Source of the DNA: Octopus sinensis
Taxonomy: Eukaryota
Length of the DNA stretch: 64,000 bases
Assembly: GCF_006345805.1 (NCBI RefSeq)
Contig: NC_042999.1
Span: forward strand, 90,706,001 to 90,770,000
Reading direction: 5' to 3'
Part shown: positions 61,791 to 64,000 of the stretch, one piece after another
Layout: every line of letters starts with the position of its first letter
How positions within the stretch are numbered: the stretch's first letter is position 1
Made by a program: the position numbers and the translations under genes
The notes under the pieces: model-generated
Databases searched by the model: none
What the model was told of the DNA's origin: nothing
The model's input: only the letters and a program-made list of their open reading frames with translations

Positions 61791-63555
61791 CTCTCCCTTC
61801 TCTCTTTCATTGTCACATTCCACAGCATAGGTGATGTTCGATCTAGATTACAAAAAGAAAATCAAAGTAGTAATAAAATGGCAATAATTTTGTACCTGCT
61901 TTTACAAAGGTTGTGCAGATTCAAATGAAAAATTACAGCTTTCATAAGAGCAAAGTGTAGATAATTATGTCTGTAAAGTCAGTTAAGCAATTTTTGTATC
62001 GTAGAAAATGTATTATACCGAGAAAGTAATTAGTGTTAGACTTAATCTTTGGATGACACACTGCTTACAATAGTTTATGTATTTAAGGTCAAAAATGTAA
62101 AATGGAAATAAGCATACTTTTACTAGAAACTGTAAAAAATGAAGTGCCACTAATTGTTACTCTTTCAGCTTAAAACGTGTCTAATGTTTTGAACTAACAA
62201 ATATGTGTCTATCCTATTCGTTGAGTGTCACTGTCGAAGTAACTGTAGTATCTGATGGCTGCTGAAATTGCATATCGCGTGTGCTGTCAAGTCATTACAT
62301 GAGATAAAATGAGGGTGTTTTGCTCCTGTTTGGTTAAATCTACAATGACACGATCGGTTGAAGAAGTTACACTACATAGTAGCATTGCATGCATAATAAT
62401 CTATTGAAATGATGTGTGATGGCTGTGGAAGATGTTAATAGCATTTAGCTGAAAAATTTTAATATCAGTCAAAAATGGTTTGGTATTTATTTCAGTCGTA
62501 GAGTTGAGGTGAGGGTTCTGCAAGGCAAAAGCAATCTGTAAATTATATCGACATGAAAACTGTCTGTGAAAGCTTCGGAAGAGGAACTCTGTGAGACGAG
62601 AGCCTTCTGTTTTTTTTTTGTTGTGATGAAAGCTGCCAGCGAAAGTTGGTCAAGTGAGTGTCATCGAGTCGGGGTTCTGAAAAGTGAGAGGAACTAATGT
62701 TCTCTTAAAATGTGAGCCTTCGGTAATAGTCACTGATGGAAAGTTTCTATGAGCTAAGAGAATTCTGTTCTTCTCGTTGAGTTGAGATCAGCTGAGTACA
62801 AGCTACTAGGAGAGCTTACTGATTTGTCGGAACTAGGATTACTGAAAAGTGAAGTCTGCTTCACGAATTTTGTTGGGCTGGTAATTAATTCTTCGCCGGT
62901 TCGGTCTGAATCAAGGCAGTTTAGAGGCAATATTTGGTAAAAAGGATGTCGAAAACCTTTTTCAAAGGAATGCTGTCATTAGCGTTAGAAGTCTGGTGTG
63001 AGATATTTCCAAAAAGAATGATGTCACTACAATATACCCAGCATCTCATGAAGAACTAAAACATTAGCTACAAATTTATTTTTCAGGTTGCCAAGTTCGG
63101 GCAAATCATTTCCAAAAATTACAACTTCCCAAACGAACTATCAACGGGATATTTCTTTTCAAACAGTCTTTCAAAATTATACGTTCAAAACCTTCCCATA
63201 TTTTCTCAAATATACACATAACTGCATATGCTAATTTCATATCTTATTTTGCATCTGTTCTCCAAGTATAACTTTACAAATACTTCAAGCCTACATCAAC
63301 CACATGGATGCACAGCACCAAACATGCAAGCATTTGATGAATACATTATCTCTCTTCTTGATAACAGTACTGGAAAAAATACAACTATAACCGTAACACC
63401 ACTAAAGCATAAACATACGACACATGTACTCACTGCACACATCTACTCGGAGTTTATTGACGAACATTCAAACTTAGAAGACAAAAAAAGCAAAATGACA
63501 AACACCTTAATCAATCTCAAATACCATTTATGGTCGACAGAAACAAACGACCAAA

Positions 63556-63778
63556 GGCGGAAGAAACGTTAGCACGCCGGGTGAAATGCTTAGAAGTATT
63601 TTGTCTGCCACTACGTTCTGAGTTCAAATTCCGCCGAGGTCGACTTTGCCTTTCCTCCTTTCGGGGTCAATTAAATAAATACCAGTTACGCACTGGGGTC
63701 GATGTAATCGACTTAATCCGTTTGTCTGTCCTTGTTTGTCCCCTCTGTGTGTAGCCTCTTGTGGGCAGTAAAGAAATA
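63556..63778 (+). mobile_element. Monomeric tRNA-derived SINE with 17-bp TSD
   Basis: Same family as 34944-35176; TSD AGAAACAAACGACCAAA at 63539-63555 and 63779-63795. Confidence 0.93.
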
Positions 63779-64000
63779 AGAAACAAACGACCAAAATGGT
63801 CTACAAAAAATATATATTATGTCAGCTGAAGCAGGATATAACTAAGAAAAATGATATGTGGTTCAGGCAACTTTGATCAGAAGACTTCGAGTGTACTATA
63901 AATGTACTTGATTAGAGACACTGAATCTCAGTTTACGCCTGCTGCATGACTGCAGTTCCAAAAAAGTATGTGGTTAAGAACGGTCACACTACTCTCCCTA

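Noticed and set aside
62985-63045. Minus-strand WVYCSDIILFG as an RT YxDD-like motif
   Set aside because: The catalytic DD is absent and no other RT motifs are colinear.

Overview
AT-rich, microsatellite-dense eukaryotic DNA made almost entirely of transposable-element remains. The SINE families and repeat spectrum suggest an octopus (coleoid cephalopod) genome; this is recognition from memory, not a database result. I found no convincing host protein-coding gene, rRNA, intact tRNA or CRISPR array, and most ORFs in the track are translated microsatellites. Supported content: (1) at least ten fragments of R4/Dong-clade (restriction-like endonuclease) non-LTR retrotransposons, including a near-complete copy at 19738-22930 and a head-to-tail array of five decayed copies, each ending in (CATA)n, at 9.5-14.5 kb; (2) L1/Tx1-like, CR1-like and RTE-like LINE fragments; (3) Penelope-like GIY-YIG fragments; (4) two Chapaev3-like DNA transposon fossils and a possible Helitron fragment; (5) two tRNA-derived SINE families. 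The most notable item is a small element present as an inverted pair at 6856-7811 that combines a tRNA-derived Pol III head, an (AAT)n spacer and a minimal type I hammerhead ribozyme, making it a candidate Pol III retrozyme or Penelope-SINE hybrid. Also notable: two LINE-SINE pairs sharing 3' tails within this window, apparent microsatellite-specific targeting by different R4 families, an RTE ORF ending in three C2H2 fingers, a degenerate 24-bp repeat that reads as an 8-aa repeat, and a young 172-bp inverted duplication. TE boundaries were read by eye and are approximate.
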